From positions 2,700 to 66,699 of the forward strand of contig CBDCBX010000009.1 in NCBI GenBank assembly GCA_965214465.1: DNA of 64,000 nt. Direction: 5' to 3'. The DNA comes from Acidobacteriota bacterium (GTDB taxonomy: Bacteria; Acidobacteriota; UBA6911; RPQK01; CBDAPI01). Below the pieces are notes generated by a model. The model worked only from the letters and a program-made list of their open reading frames with translations. It did not search any database and was not told the origin of the DNA. The position numbers were made by a program, and so were the translations under genes. This document shows positions 36,087 to 46,840 of the stretch, piece after piece (position 1 is the first letter of the stretch; each line of letters begins with the position of its first letter).

Positions 36087-37307
36087 ATGCGAGTCGTTCT
36101 GGGGGTCACGGGCTGCATCGCCGCCTACAAGTCAGCTATAGTTCTCCGATTATTGCAGGAGAGGGGAGCCAACATTTTCCCCGTCATGACGCGTTCAGCA
36201 CGCCATTTTCTCGGCGAGTTGACGCTCGAGAAACTCTCCGGGCATAAGGTCGTCTCCGAACTCTTCTCCAATCAGGGCTCGGACATCGAACACATTCGAC
36301 TCGCACGCAACAGCGATCTGCTCCTGGTGGCCCCCGCTACGGCGAACGTCATCGCAAAATTCGCAAACGGAATCGCCGACGACTTCCTCACGACCTTGTA
36401 TGTGTCCACCACCACCCCGGTCGTGGTGGCTCCGGCTATGAACGTCGAGATGTGGAGACATGCGGCAACCCAGGAAAATCTCCGACTGCTTGCTGAAAGA
36501 GGCGTGGGAATTGTTGAGCCCGAGTCCGGCTACCTGGCTTGCGGGGAAGTGGGCGAAGGTCGCCTGGCCGAGCCGGAAAAGATCGTTGCCGAGGTTCTCG
36601 ATCGCCTGCAGGCTTCCAGCCAACTGCGAGGCTCCAGGGTTCTGGTCACCGCCGGCCCCACGGTAGAAGACATTGATCCGGTTCGCTTTCTCTCGAATCG
36701 CTCCACCGGCCGAATGGGCTACGCGATCGCCGAGGAAGCTCAGCGGCGGGGAGCGGGAGTCACGCTGGTGAGCGGGCCGACCCACCTCACCCCCCCCTTC
36801 GATTGTGAACTCGTGGAGGTTCGATCTGCCCGGGAGATGGATCGGGCGGTCCAGGATCACTTCGAGAAAGCTGACATCACCGTCATGGCGGCGGCAGTCG
36901 CCGACTTCAGTCCCCTCCGGCGATATGATCACAAGATGAAAAAGAGCGACGCCCCAGATGCCCTGCAGCTTGAAAGGACCATAGATATCCTGAACCGATT
37001 GTCGACACGCAAGCGGGACAGCCAGGTACTGGTCGGGTTCGCAGCGGAGACGAAACAACTCGAGCAGGCCGGTCGCGAGAAACTGCAGCGAAAGAAGCTG
37101 GATCTCATATTTGTCAATGATGTTTCCCAGGAAGATCGAGGGTTCGCGTCCAGTCACAATCAGGTCCTCTGTCTGGACCGACTCGGTGGGCAGGCTGAGA
37201 GTGACCTCCTTCCCAAGAACGAGATCGCGCGGTTCGTGTGGAACAGGGTCGGCGAGTTCCAGACCAGCAGGGCGATTCCAGGTCTCGAAACACCTCTTCC
37301 CCATTAG
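36087..37307 (+). CDS. coaBC: Bifunctional phosphopantothenoylcysteine decarboxylase / phosphopantothenate-cysteine ligase
   Basis: 406 aa. N-terminal flavoprotein (..VLGVTGCIAAYK.., PATANVIAKFANGIADD). C-terminal CoaB domain (..AAVADF..). Confidence 0.9.
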   Translation: MRVVLGVTGCIAAYKSAIVLRLLQERGANIFPVMTRSARHFLGELTLEKLSGHKVVSELFSNQGSDIEHIRLARNSDLLLVAPATANVIAKFANGIADDFLTTLYVSTTTPVVVAPAMNVEMWRHAATQENLRLLAERGVGIVEPESGYLACGEVGEGRLAEPEKIVAEVLDRLQASSQLRGSRVLVTAGPTVEDIDPVRFLSNRSTGRMGYAIAEEAQRRGAGVTLVSGPTHLTPPFDCELVEVRSAREMDRAVQDHFEKADITVMAAAVADFSPLRRYDHKMKKSDAPDALQLERTIDILNRLSTRKRDSQVLVGFAAETKQLEQAGREKLQRKKLDLIFVNDVSQEDRGFASSHNQVLCLDRLGGQAESDLLPKNEIARFVWNRVGEFQTSRAIPGLETPLPH

Positions 37308-37330
37308 GTAGCGATTCTAAGAGCGCTTTT

Positions 37331-38245
37331 ATGCCCGATCTCGAAGAAGACGCCCCCAAAAAATCTGGTCACGTTGCTCTGATTGGCCGACCGAATGCCG
37401 GCAAATCCACCCTCCTCAACTTTCTCATTGGTGAGAAGATCGCGATTGTCAGTGACAAACCCCAGACCACGCGCAACCGAATCCTGGGAGTACGGATCGA
37501 AGACTCTGCCCAGATTGTTTTCGTCGACACGCCGGGAATCCACCGACCTGGCTTCCTTCTCAACCGGCGCATGATGGAAACCGTCTATCAGTCTCTCCTG
37601 GAAGTCGACGTCGTGGTCCACGTAGTTGACGTATCGCAGCCCTTCGGAAAGGGGGAACTCTTTGCACTGGACACGATGCGTTCGGTTTCCAAGCCCAGGA
37701 TACTGGCCCTCAACAAGGTCGATCTGATCAACAAGAGCCGCATCCTGCCGATCATTGAACGATACGACCGGGAGGGGATCTATGAAGCAGTGATCCCCAT
37801 ATCGGCCCATGCTGGCGACAACCTTGATGCCCTGGTCTCCAACATCGTCCAGCGGATCCCGGAGCAAGGCTGGACCCTGGCCGATGACTACTTGACGGAT
37901 CAGACGGAGCGCTTCCTGGTTTCCGAAATCATCCGCGAAAAAGTTCTCCAGAACACCCGCAAGGAGCTTCCCTACTCGACTGCCGTACAGATGGAGGTGT
38001 TTGACGAAAGCCGCCGCCAGGAGGGCTTTATCCACGTCGCGGCCGCTGTGATCGTGGAAAGACCCGGCCAGAAGAAAATCGTGATCGGCCGGGGCGGAAA
38101 GATGATCAAGAAGATTGGATCCGCCGCTCGCAAAGAACTCCTGGGGTTCCTGGGTGTCTCCAAGATGTATCTGGAACTCCACGTAAAAGTGGTCCCGGAA
38201 TGGCGAAACCAGGAGCGTCTGCTGGACGTCTTCGGTGTCAGGTAG
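37331..38245 (+). CDS. era: GTPase Era
   Basis: G1 GRPNAGKSTLLN, G3 DTPG, G4 NKVD, C-terminal KH domain. The start is taken at MPDLEEDAPKKSGHVALIG (M32 of the ORF-finder frame) to avoid overlap with coaBC. Confidence 0.9.
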   Translation: MPDLEEDAPKKSGHVALIGRPNAGKSTLLNFLIGEKIAIVSDKPQTTRNRILGVRIEDSAQIVFVDTPGIHRPGFLLNRRMMETVYQSLLEVDVVVHVVDVSQPFGKGELFALDTMRSVSKPRILALNKVDLINKSRILPIIERYDREGIYEAVIPISAHAGDNLDALVSNIVQRIPEQGWTLADDYLTDQTERFLVSEIIREKVLQNTRKELPYSTAVQMEVFDESRRQEGFIHVAAAVIVERPGQKKIVIGRGGKMIKKIGSAARKELLGFLGVSKMYLELHVKVVPEWRNQERLLDVFGVR

Positions 38246-38948
38246 ACCCACTATAAGAGTACTCACTTTCATGGATCAGATCAGAGGGCAGTTTGAGTTT
38301 TTTTCCAGCCTCGGTGTGACCCGCTTCAATGTCCCCGTCGACCGGAACCCCAAGCAGATGATGAACATGAACCTCAGCCTGGAGACCATCCAGGCTGACC
38401 TGGGCGATTGCCAGAGATGCAAGTTGTGTAGTCAGCGCACCAACATCGTCTTTGGAGTTGGGGCTGCGGATGCCGATCTCATGTTCGTGGGTGAGGCTCC
38501 GGGACGAGACGAGGACCTTCAGGGGATTCCCTTTGTGGGCAGGGCGGGTCAACTCCTGACCCGTATCATCCAGGCTATCGACCTGCAGCGTGACCAGGTG
38601 TACATCGCAAATATCCTGAAGTGTCGGCCCCCCAGGAATCGAGACCCGGAACCGGATGAAGTCGAGCAGTGCGAGAAGTTTCTTTTCAGCCAGATCCAGT
38701 CGGTTCAGCCCATGATCATCGTCGCATTGGGGCGGTACGCTGCGCAGACACTCCTGCGATCTTCCACTGCGATTTCACGGCTTCGCGGAGAGTTTCGCGA
38801 TTTTCGAGGAACGCTGCTCATTCCCACCTTCCATCCTTCCTACCTGCTGCGCAACCCCTCCGCCAAGAGAGACGTCTGGGAAGATATGAAGGCGGTTCGA
38901 AGCAAGCTTCGAGAATTGGGGAGCGCATATTATCAGCCCCACTCCTGA
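38235..38948 (+). CDS. Uracil-DNA glycosylase, family 4 (Fe-S type)
   Basis: ..CQRCKLC.., ..GEAPGRDEDLQGIPFVGRAGQLL.., ..ANILKCRPP.., ..HPSYLLRN... The true start may be an internal Met (~38358); the N-terminal 40 aa are atypical. Confidence 0.8.
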   Translation: MSGRPTIRVLTFMDQIRGQFEFFSSLGVTRFNVPVDRNPKQMMNMNLSLETIQADLGDCQRCKLCSQRTNIVFGVGAADADLMFVGEAPGRDEDLQGIPFVGRAGQLLTRIIQAIDLQRDQVYIANILKCRPPRNRDPEPDEVEQCEKFLFSQIQSVQPMIIVALGRYAAQTLLRSSTAISRLRGEFRDFRGTLLIPTFHPSYLLRNPSAKRDVWEDMKAVRSKLRELGSAYYQPHS

Positions 38949-38967
38949 CCCACCGCAGCTCCACCTG

Positions 38968-41208
38968 GTGAAGGTAGCCGTTCCCATCCCTTCAGAGCAG
39001 GCCTTCACATATGCCCTGACCGAAGACCAGTTTTTGATGGTTCAGCCTGGAGTTCGGGTCCTGGTTCCATTCGGTCCGCGGACCCATGTTGGGCTCGTCC
39101 TGGGGCAAGCCTCCCGGGTTCCCGAGAACGCGAGAATCAGGAAAGTCCTGAAGGTTCTGGACGACAGTCCTCTGCTGCCCCCTGATCTGATCGATCTGGG
39201 AAACTGGCTCGCGCGCTATTACATGGCCCCGGTCGGGGAGGCGTTTCGGGTGATGTTCCCTCCGGCCATTTTTTCCCGCAAGGCTGGACGAAAGAAAAAT
39301 CTAGAAGACCTGTGGCCCACTCGGAAGCGAAGAATGATTACGGAGGCGCTCGCCGTTGGAGAACAAGAGCTTACCGCCCGGCAACGCCAGGTTCTGGAGG
39401 AGATCTCCGCAATGCGGCTGCCGATTGCACTGGCTGACGCCGTGAAGCAGACACGATCCAGCGCGCCCCTGCTCAACCGTCTTTGTTCCCTGGGGGTCTT
39501 GCAGATCGACGAGGTTGAGCTCTACAGGTCCCCCTGGAGCCACGCTGTCGGGAAGCCTGTTGAACCCAAAAAACACCGCCTGACGACGGGGCAGAAGCGG
39601 ATCTTTGAACTCGTCAAGAAAGAACTGGCAAGCAACCAGTTTCGCCCACTCCTGATTCACGGAATTACCGGAAGTGGGAAAACTGAGATTTATCTGAACA
39701 GTATCGAGGCCACTCTGGAAAAAGGAAAATCAGCCCTTGTACTGGTCCCGGAAATCGGACTGACGCCGCAGGTTGCGAACCAGTTCAAGTCCTGGTTCGC
39801 AGATCGAGTTGCGATCCTGCACAGTGGCTTGTCCGACGGTGAAAGGTTCGACGAATGGCGGCGCATACGAGCCGGGGAGGCACGGGTTGTGATCGGGACT
39901 CGCTCAGCGGTCTTTGCCCCCCTCGAAAACCTGGGCGCGATTATCGTGGATGAGGAACACGATTCCTCTTACAAGCAAGAGGAAACGCCCCGCTACAACG
40001 CCAGAGACGTGGCTATGAAGCGAGCACAGCAGGGAGGAGCCCTGGTGATTCTGGGCAGCGCAACACCCCAGTTGGAAACCTACCACCACGCGCAACACGG
40101 GGGACGAACACGCTACCAGGCGCTCTGCTCTCGAGTTGGGACGCGGGCGCTTCCCACGGTCCGCGTTGTCGACATGCGCGTTGAGTTTCAGAAACACGGA
40201 GGCGAGCAACTCTGCTCCGATCCGCTGACCGACGGAATCCGGACGCGTCTCGAGAAGCGGCAGCAGATCCTCATTCTCTTGAATCGTAGAGGCTATGCCA
40301 GTGCCCTTCTCTGCCGTTCCTGCGGTCAAACCCAAAGCTGTGACAACTGCAGCGTAACCCTGACCTACCACCAGGACCGGCAAAGTCTCACCTGTCACTA
40401 CTGTGGCTACTCCAGAACTCTTCCAAGGCGCTGCCCGGACTGCAACAAGCAATACCTCCACTACCTGGGAATGGGAACAGAACAAGTAGAAGAAAAACTG
40501 CGAGCACTTTTTCCCGGCGCCCGAATCGACCGACTCGATCGGGACTCGACTCGACGAAAGGGACGCCTTCAGTCCATCCTCCGGAGCTTTCACTCCGGAG
40601 AGACTGACATTCTGGTTGGAACACAGATGGTGGCGAAAGGACACGACTTCCCCGGGGTCACGTTGGTGGGCGTGCTGGCAGCCGACCAGGGACTTCGACT
40701 GGCCGATTTCAGGGCGGCCGAAAGAACTTTCCAGCTACTCACCCAGGTCGCAGGGCGAGCCGGGCGAGGGGATCACCCCGGAGAAGTCATCATCCAGACC
40801 TATTATCCAAACCACTACAGCCTCAAGTACGCCTGCATGCAGGACTACGATCGCTTCTACGAACGTGAGATCCGGTTCCGACGGCGCTTCCGATACCCTC
40901 CCTTCACCGCGCTGGCCAATCTGGTGATCCGTGGCCCGAGGGAGGATCGAACGCAGACCATTGCTGCAGACCTCGCCCGAACCCTGGTCGAGGTCAGGAA
41001 CAGTAGCTCGGACAGCCGCCGGCTGAGAGTCCTGGGGCCTGCCCCGGCAGCACTCTTCCGACTCAAGGGAGAATATCGGTTCCAGGTCCTGCTGAAGACC
41101 ACCAGCCGAAAAGAACTGAATCAAGTCATCGTTGATGCGCTGGGAAGACTACCTTCCAGCTACCGCAAGAGCATCATCGTTGATATCGATCCAGTCAACC
41201 TGCTCTAA
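38968..41208 (+). CDS. priA: Primosomal protein N' (replication restart helicase PriA)
   Basis: 746 aa. Walker A GITGSGKTE, DEEH box. Cys-rich zinc-binding insert (CRSCGQTQSCDNC...CHYCGY...CPDC). Confidence 0.9.
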   Translation: MKVAVPIPSEQAFTYALTEDQFLMVQPGVRVLVPFGPRTHVGLVLGQASRVPENARIRKVLKVLDDSPLLPPDLIDLGNWLARYYMAPVGEAFRVMFPPAIFSRKAGRKKNLEDLWPTRKRRMITEALAVGEQELTARQRQVLEEISAMRLPIALADAVKQTRSSAPLLNRLCSLGVLQIDEVELYRSPWSHAVGKPVEPKKHRLTTGQKRIFELVKKELASNQFRPLLIHGITGSGKTEIYLNSIEATLEKGKSALVLVPEIGLTPQVANQFKSWFADRVAILHSGLSDGERFDEWRRIRAGEARVVIGTRSAVFAPLENLGAIIVDEEHDSSYKQEETPRYNARDVAMKRAQQGGALVILGSATPQLETYHHAQHGGRTRYQALCSRVGTRALPTVRVVDMRVEFQKHGGEQLCSDPLTDGIRTRLEKRQQILILLNRRGYASALLCRSCGQTQSCDNCSVTLTYHQDRQSLTCHYCGYSRTLPRRCPDCNKQYLHYLGMGTEQVEEKLRALFPGARIDRLDRDSTRRKGRLQSILRSFHSGETDILVGTQMVAKGHDFPGVTLVGVLAADQGLRLADFRAAERTFQLLTQVAGRAGRGDHPGEVIIQTYYPNHYSLKYACMQDYDRFYEREIRFRRRFRYPPFTALANLVIRGPREDRTQTIAADLARTLVEVRNSSSDSRRLRVLGPAPAALFRLKGEYRFQVLLKTTSRKELNQVIVDALGRLPSSYRKSIIVDIDPVNLL

Positions 41209-41281
41209 TAGCCGAAGGGGGTCTTGTTCGTCGATCGGCCCTTTGCGATCTGCCAATCTGCCACTCTGGGGTCTTGGGTCA

Positions 41282-42346
41282 ATGCCGGAAAATAACTCCG
41301 ATAACTCGCTAGCCGGATTCAGTGATGCAGCCCCCCCGGAACTGCTCAAATTCCTATCCCAAATTCTGCGCCTGTTTCCGGCCGAGTTCCAGTATCGAGT
41401 CAGAAAGGCCCTCGACACGCTACCGGCCAAGGGCGACAACATGCAGAGGATCCTCGAGGTGGTACAGGCTCAGTGGCGGGGGATCCAGTCCGAAGACTGG
41501 ATCCGAATCGCCATAGTCGGCCCTTCTCAGACCGGCAAGGCGACTTTGCTCAATACCATCGAGGCAGGGCAGTCCGCCAGTTCTCCTGGGATATTCAAGT
41601 TGGTTGAAACGCCCGGACTGGCTGAGTATCTGGGCTACGAAAAGGCGGGTCGGTTTCCCGAGGACCTGGGCAGAGCCAATCTCATACTGTTGCTTCTCGA
41701 CAGCCGCTACGACGTTTCGGAAGCAACTCATGGGATGCTGGCAAAGTTGAAGGAAAGAGGCACCCCGGTGCTGGTCGCCCTCAGCAAGTGCGATTTGATT
41801 CGGAACCCATCAGAGACTGCCAGGAACGTCCAGAAAGCTCTTGGACAAAGAACGGTGGCCGTCTCGGCCTTGCAAACGCACTCGATACATCGCCTCTTTC
41901 GCGCCATAGTTGCGAGCAACGATAGTGCTCTCTACCCACTGGCTATCGGTTTCCCCGGTTTTCGTGGCACAATTTGCCGTGGAATTGTGACCCAGGCATC
42001 GATCGCATGTGCCCTGGTGGGAGCCATTCCTATCCCCGTCAGCGATCTACTCCCGATGACCGCGATCCAGACCAGCATGCTCTTGAAAATCGCCCGGGCC
42101 TACGGCCATAACCTGGACCGACATCGGGCCAGAGAGTTGATCCCGATGCTGCTGTCCGGTGTGGCCGTGCGCGAAGCAAGTCACCGTCTTAGGAGACAAT
42201 TCCCCGACAAGGCGAAGCTGATCGGCATTTCGGCAGCGGGTGCCTGGACCTATCTTCTCGGACGCGGAGCGATCACATACTTTGATCGGTTTTCGCTTCT
42301 CCTGGAAGAAACCGAGTCGTCCAGGTCACTCTCAGCCGCCCGATAG
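41282..42346 (+). CDS. GTP-binding protein (small GTPase domain + DUF697-like membrane-associated C-terminal region)
   Basis: G1 GPSQTGKATLLN, G3 ETPG, G4 SKCD. The hydrophobic C-terminal part resembles the YcjF/DUF697 type. The start is chosen at MPENNSD after the priA stop. Confidence 0.5.
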   Translation: MPENNSDNSLAGFSDAAPPELLKFLSQILRLFPAEFQYRVRKALDTLPAKGDNMQRILEVVQAQWRGIQSEDWIRIAIVGPSQTGKATLLNTIEAGQSASSPGIFKLVETPGLAEYLGYEKAGRFPEDLGRANLILLLLDSRYDVSEATHGMLAKLKERGTPVLVALSKCDLIRNPSETARNVQKALGQRTVAVSALQTHSIHRLFRAIVASNDSALYPLAIGFPGFRGTICRGIVTQASIACALVGAIPIPVSDLLPMTAIQTSMLLKIARAYGHNLDRHRARELIPMLLSGVAVREASHRLRRQFPDKAKLIGISAAGAWTYLLGRGAITYFDRFSLLLEETESSRSLSAAR

Positions 42347-42387
42347 CCGTTGGCTTCGTGAAAGATTACTAGTCTCCATTCGGGGAG

Positions 42388-42780
42388 GTGACGATGCGAT
42401 CTGAACGAACACGCACAGGGAAAACAATTGGTTCTTTGATTGAAGTCGGTCTCTATTCCGATCTCTTGGGTCGGTTTGAGAGGTTGCTCGCCTACGCCTC
42501 GACTCTGCAGGCGCGTCTCCGCCGTCATGAACGACAACGGGGACGCTTTGAGAAGTTGAGCAGGCAAAACAGTCGACTCAAAGCCCGCATTGGCCTGGAT
42601 GACATCTACATAGCGTTTTTGGAGCAGGCGTTGGAGTCAGCCGGGATGCTGGCCGCTCCCTTGCAACCCGCCACCCGTATCGAGGCAGTGCAGCCGAATA
42701 TCGGAGGGCTCGCGCGGGAACAGACCGGCGAGCGCCGGCTGAGACTGGCGGGAATGCCGCGTCGGCAAGTGGCTCCCTGA
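42388..42780 (+). CDS. Hypothetical protein (Arg-rich, coiled-coil-like)
   Basis: 130-aa ORF, no recognisable domain. Weak call. Confidence 0.3.
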   Translation: MTMRSERTRTGKTIGSLIEVGLYSDLLGRFERLLAYASTLQARLRRHERQRGRFEKLSRQNSRLKARIGLDDIYIAFLEQALESAGMLAAPLQPATRIEAVQPNIGGLAREQTGERRLRLAGMPRRQVAP

Positions 42781-42854
42781 CGATCAGAGCCCCTGGCGAA
42801 AGCCAGGGGGAATTCCGGCGCTTCCGCACCGGGCTCTGATTAGTCAGCCGTCAA

Positions 42855-43418
42855 TCAATCAGGCGTGGGTTGACCGTACTTGAGCTGGATGAGTTCCGCA
42901 TCCCCGCCCTCAGGCAACCGTACCTGGAAAAGGCCGTCGTAGTGAGTCTCGGCGATTTCTTCGATCTCCACTCCGGTGAGTCGCTCAACGATCTCAGGAA
43001 CGGTATTGCTGTGGCCCGCGACTACGACCGATCCCGGCCCAGCGGCAGCTCTGATTCTTCCGATCAGCTTTTCGACTTCGCCGGCTCCAATCGACTCGAT
43101 CGGGACGCTGTGTGCCATGGACAGAGGCTCCAGGGTCTGCCGCGTTCGTCGATACTGGGTTGCGAAGAGACCAACGATCCGGGTCCTTTCCAGCAAATGC
43201 GACAGTGCCAGAGCTCGGGCCCTGCCGGCCGAAGACAGCTCTGGATCTCCATCCTGGGATGCTTTCTCCGCGTGACGGACAACGTACACGATCTTGGCCG
43301 GCTGTGCCTCCACGCGGGCACCGACCAAGCCCAACCAGACCAGCCACACACAGGTGATCAATGGGCGCCTTAGCTGCGCGGCTCCCTTCATGAGAAATCC
43401 CTCCAGACGTGCTAACAT
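42855..43418 (-). CDS. Histidine phosphatase superfamily (branch 1, SixA/PGAM-like), secreted
   Basis: RHAEK catalytic motif (..VYVVRHAEKAS..) and downstream GHSNT. N-terminal signal peptide. Divergent from the histidine kinase gene. Confidence 0.7.
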   Translation of the reverse strand: MLARLEGFLMKGAAQLRRPLITCVWLVWLGLVGARVEAQPAKIVYVVRHAEKASQDGDPELSSAGRARALALSHLLERTRIVGLFATQYRRTRQTLEPLSMAHSVPIESIGAGEVEKLIGRIRAAAGPGSVVVAGHSNTVPEIVERLTGVEIEEIAETHYDGLFQVRLPEGGDAELIQLKYGQPTPD

Positions 43419-43475
43419 GAATCGTCACCTGGCACTCCCTTTCACAAGGGAGAACAGAGCTCCGCAACGATTCTC

Positions 43476-45452
43476 ATGAACTCCTTAGCAGTACCTTTTG
43501 GTCTGACCGGCTATTTTGCCGGAATCCTGCTTCATCTTTTCCTGATCGGAGTGGTCCTGGAAAGACGTCGCCAGTCCAAGCCCCGACTCCCACTCCTTTT
43601 TCTCCTCTCCAGCCTGCTCGTCTGGTACGGATGTAACTTCCTCTCGCTCTTACTCAGACAGATGGACCTGACGAGAGTGGCCGCTCCAATTGCAGCCATT
43701 GAGATCCTCGGCTTCGGAACGCTCGCACTGCTTCCAGGTCTATTGTTCCACACTCACTGGCGCTACCTTTCCGACCGATTTCCGACCGAGAACTGGGAGC
43801 GCCATCTGTCAAGGACAGTCCTGGTTCTTCTCTATGGTTCCCTTCTTTTCCTTCCAGCGGCCCTTCGTTCACTTTACCCGGCGGGCCCCGATTCTCCAGT
43901 GAAACAACTGGAACTGTTTACTTTACCGTTTTTGACCCTGCTGGCGCTCAGCTACGTGTCCACAGCCTGGCTTTGCCGCCGGCTCGTCCGAGTATCCCAG
44001 AGGGAAACCGAAAAAGCCGTCTTCTCAAAGCTATTCTTTCTCTTTATCTCCATCCCCATCTTCAACTTCCTGGTATTCCTGGCCCCGGCTCTACCGGGAA
44101 AGGAGTGGGGAGACTTGCTCATTCTGGTGGGCTTTTCTTCCTCACTGCTCCCCACTCTGCTGGTGGCTTACTACATCTATCGGTACGGCTTCCTGCAGAT
44201 CGTGATCCATCGTGGCGTGGCCCTGGTGCTGTTCGCCCTGCTGTCGCTTGGCTTCTATCTGCTGGGTATTCGAAGGCTGGTGCTTTACTTGAAGGACGAA
44301 TTGTCGGCACCGGCACTCCTGGTTGAAGGTGTTTTTTTGGTGGCGATCCTTCTGCTCCTGGCTCCAATGAGCCGCTGGCTGGACAGCTACGTTCAAACCA
44401 CCTTCAGAGTGCAATTGGGACGCTATCAGGACCTGGCAGCCACCCTGAATCGCATCGATGTAATCGCAGTCGATGAGCAGTTCCTCAAGGAGCTCATTGA
44501 AGAAACTCTGCGACGGGAACTGGGCGCCCGGCAGGTGACGATCTCGTTCTCCGACTCTGAGCCACCGCTGGTGGGGGCCCACCGACTACCCCTGCTGGCG
44601 GGGAACAAGAACCTGGGATTCCTCAATGTGGTCCCGTCTGAGAACGACTTCCCGAGCCTTCAGGCCGATGCTTTACGAATTGTTGGAAACGAGGTGGCGT
44701 CCCTGCTGGAGCGCTCGCGGCTTCTCCGCGCTAAGCTTGAAAACGAGAAAGAGCTGGCTCGAAAGTCTCATCTGGAACAGTTGGGAACCATGGCCGCTAC
44801 AGTCGCGCACAACGTCAAGAACCCGCTGAGCTCGATGAAAACCTTACTTCAGCTCCTGGGTGAAGCGCCCAATCTGGCGGAGGATCAGAGCTCGGACGTT
44901 GATAGGGTTGTGGAGGAAATCGACCGGCTTTCTCAAACCGTCAGCAGCCTGCTCGAGTTTTCCAGGCTGGAGAAGCACCAGAGCCGCTCCCCGCATGAGA
45001 TCGACTTGAGCCGGCTGGTGGACTCGGTAGCCGGCGTATTCGACGGGGACTTTAAATCGAGAAACTTGAAACTGAAAACTCTCCTTGATCCAGCCCCTCC
45101 TCGGGTGGAGTCCGATGATATCCTCCTGAGGGAGATTCTGAGCAACCTCCTCTCCAATGCGGTCGAGGCAAGCAGCCAGGGTGGTGAGATTATCATTTCT
45201 GCCGGTGCAGACCGCGATCACCTCACCCTGGCCGTTGAAGACCAGGGCGAGGGAGTCCCGGAACGCCTTCGGAGATCTATCTTTCTTCCTTTTTTCTCAA
45301 CAAAATCGCGGGGAACCGGGCTCGGGCTGGCGATCGTACAGAAACGCGTCGAACAGCTGGGAGGAGAGATCAGGCTCGAATCTTCGCGGGGATCGCGCGG
45401 GGCACGCTTTGTTGTGCGCCTGCCGCTTCAGACCCCTTTGGAAAGTGGGTAA
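43476..45452 (+). CDS. Sensor histidine kinase with a large N-terminal polytopic (8-10 TM) domain; PrsK-like architecture
   Basis: 658 aa. HisKA H-box (..AATVAHNVKNPLSSMKT..). HATPase_c G-boxes (..DQGEGVP.., ..GTGLGLAIVQ..). Confidence 0.85.
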   Translation: MNSLAVPFGLTGYFAGILLHLFLIGVVLERRRQSKPRLPLLFLLSSLLVWYGCNFLSLLLRQMDLTRVAAPIAAIEILGFGTLALLPGLLFHTHWRYLSDRFPTENWERHLSRTVLVLLYGSLLFLPAALRSLYPAGPDSPVKQLELFTLPFLTLLALSYVSTAWLCRRLVRVSQRETEKAVFSKLFFLFISIPIFNFLVFLAPALPGKEWGDLLILVGFSSSLLPTLLVAYYIYRYGFLQIVIHRGVALVLFALLSLGFYLLGIRRLVLYLKDELSAPALLVEGVFLVAILLLLAPMSRWLDSYVQTTFRVQLGRYQDLAATLNRIDVIAVDEQFLKELIEETLRRELGARQVTISFSDSEPPLVGAHRLPLLAGNKNLGFLNVVPSENDFPSLQADALRIVGNEVASLLERSRLLRAKLENEKELARKSHLEQLGTMAATVAHNVKNPLSSMKTLLQLLGEAPNLAEDQSSDVDRVVEEIDRLSQTVSSLLEFSRLEKHQSRSPHEIDLSRLVDSVAGVFDGDFKSRNLKLKTLLDPAPPRVESDDILLREILSNLLSNAVEASSQGGEIIISAGADRDHLTLAVEDQGEGVPERLRRSIFLPFFSTKSRGTGLGLAIVQKRVEQLGGEIRLESSRGSRGARFVVRLPLQTPLESG

Positions 45453-45457
45453 TTCAC

Positions 45458-46840
45458 ATGCACATACTGATCGTCGACGATGAGAAAACAGCCCGCTATG
45501 GAATCGGGCGAGCACTTGTCGAGAGTGGGACGACTCACGAAGCCGGAAACCTGAAGCAAGCCCGAAAGGTGCTGGAGGAGCATCCCGTCGAGTTGATCCT
45601 TCTGGATCTGAACCTCGGCTCAGAGCACGGGTTCGATCTACTCGAGGAAGTCCAGTCGCACGATCCACGCCCTTATGTCATCGTCATTACGGCGCACGGT
45701 AATGAGCGGACTGCTGTCCAGGCCATGCAGGAGGGGGCCTTCAACTACCTGGCCAAGCCGTTTGATGTCGATGAGCTTCGGCTGGTGGTTCACTCGGTAG
45801 AGAACCACCTCGAATTGAGGCGACAGAACCGGGGCCTTCGAGCTGAGCTGGCGCTCACTTCCGGATACGGAGACCTGATCGGGGCAAGCGAGCCGATTCA
45901 AGAGGTTTACGCTCTGATCGAGCGCGTTGCTGAGACGAGTGTGACCGTGCTCTTGACCGGGGAGAGTGGCAGCGGCAAAGAGCTGGTAGCCCGGGAAATC
46001 CATCGACGCAGTGCTCGGAAGGAAGCGCCCCTGGTCGCTGTCAACTGCGCTGCCATCCCGGCCGACTTGATCGAAAGTGAACTCTTTGGCCACGAGAAGG
46101 GGGCTTTTACCGGGGCCACCAGCCAGCGGATGGGCAAGTTCGAGCAGGCACAGAACGGTACTCTGTTTCTGGATGAGATCGGAGACATGCCCCCCGAGAC
46201 CCAGGCCAAGATCTTGAGAGTCCTGGAGGACGGGCTGGTGCAGCGCCTGGGGGGAAGTCAGACCATTTCGGCGGATGTTCGGATTCTCAGCGCCACCAAC
46301 AAAGACCTCCCGGCGCTGGTTCGAGAAGGACAGTTCCGAGAGGATCTCTACTACCGGCTGCAGGTGGTGGAGATCAACATTCCCCCTTTGCGACGCCGAG
46401 AGGACGATATCCCGACGCTGATCAGCTACTTTCTGCAGGTGTCCGCTGAAAAGCACGGCCGCCCTGTACCGGAATTCGAGCCGGCCTCGCTTAGAAAACT
46501 GGCACGGTACTCCTATCCTGGCAACGTTCGTCAGTTGCGCAACATTCTGGAAAGACTGGTGGTTCTCCAGACCGAGGGAATAATCCGCGAAAACGATCTT
46601 CCGGATGAAGTTCGTTTTTTCGTCGCCTCCCAGGAGCAGGAGTTCAGCGGCACAGACCTGAACAAGTTCTTCGAGCTGAATTACAAAGAAGCCAAACGGG
46701 CTTTCGAGATCCGCTACCTGTCTCATGCTCTCAGTCAGAATGAGAACAATGTGACCCACACTGCTTCCGCCATTGGGTTGCACCGCCAGAGCCTGCAGCA
46801 GAAGATCAAACTTCTGGACCTTCACCGGGATGGGGGATAG
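45458..46840 (+). CDS. Sigma-54-dependent response regulator (NtrC family: REC + AAA+ sigma-54 activator + Fis-type HTH)
   Basis: 460 aa. REC domain with D54-like (LLDLNL). Walker A GESGSGKE, GAFTGA sigma-54 contact motif, ..RYSYPGNVRQL.., C-terminal HTH. Confidence 0.9.
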   Translation: MHILIVDDEKTARYGIGRALVESGTTHEAGNLKQARKVLEEHPVELILLDLNLGSEHGFDLLEEVQSHDPRPYVIVITAHGNERTAVQAMQEGAFNYLAKPFDVDELRLVVHSVENHLELRRQNRGLRAELALTSGYGDLIGASEPIQEVYALIERVAETSVTVLLTGESGSGKELVAREIHRRSARKEAPLVAVNCAAIPADLIESELFGHEKGAFTGATSQRMGKFEQAQNGTLFLDEIGDMPPETQAKILRVLEDGLVQRLGGSQTISADVRILSATNKDLPALVREGQFREDLYYRLQVVEINIPPLRRREDDIPTLISYFLQVSAEKHGRPVPEFEPASLRKLARYSYPGNVRQLRNILERLVVLQTEGIIRENDLPDEVRFFVASQEQEFSGTDLNKFFELNYKEAKRAFEIRYLSHALSQNENNVTHTASAIGLHRQSLQQKIKLLDLHRDGG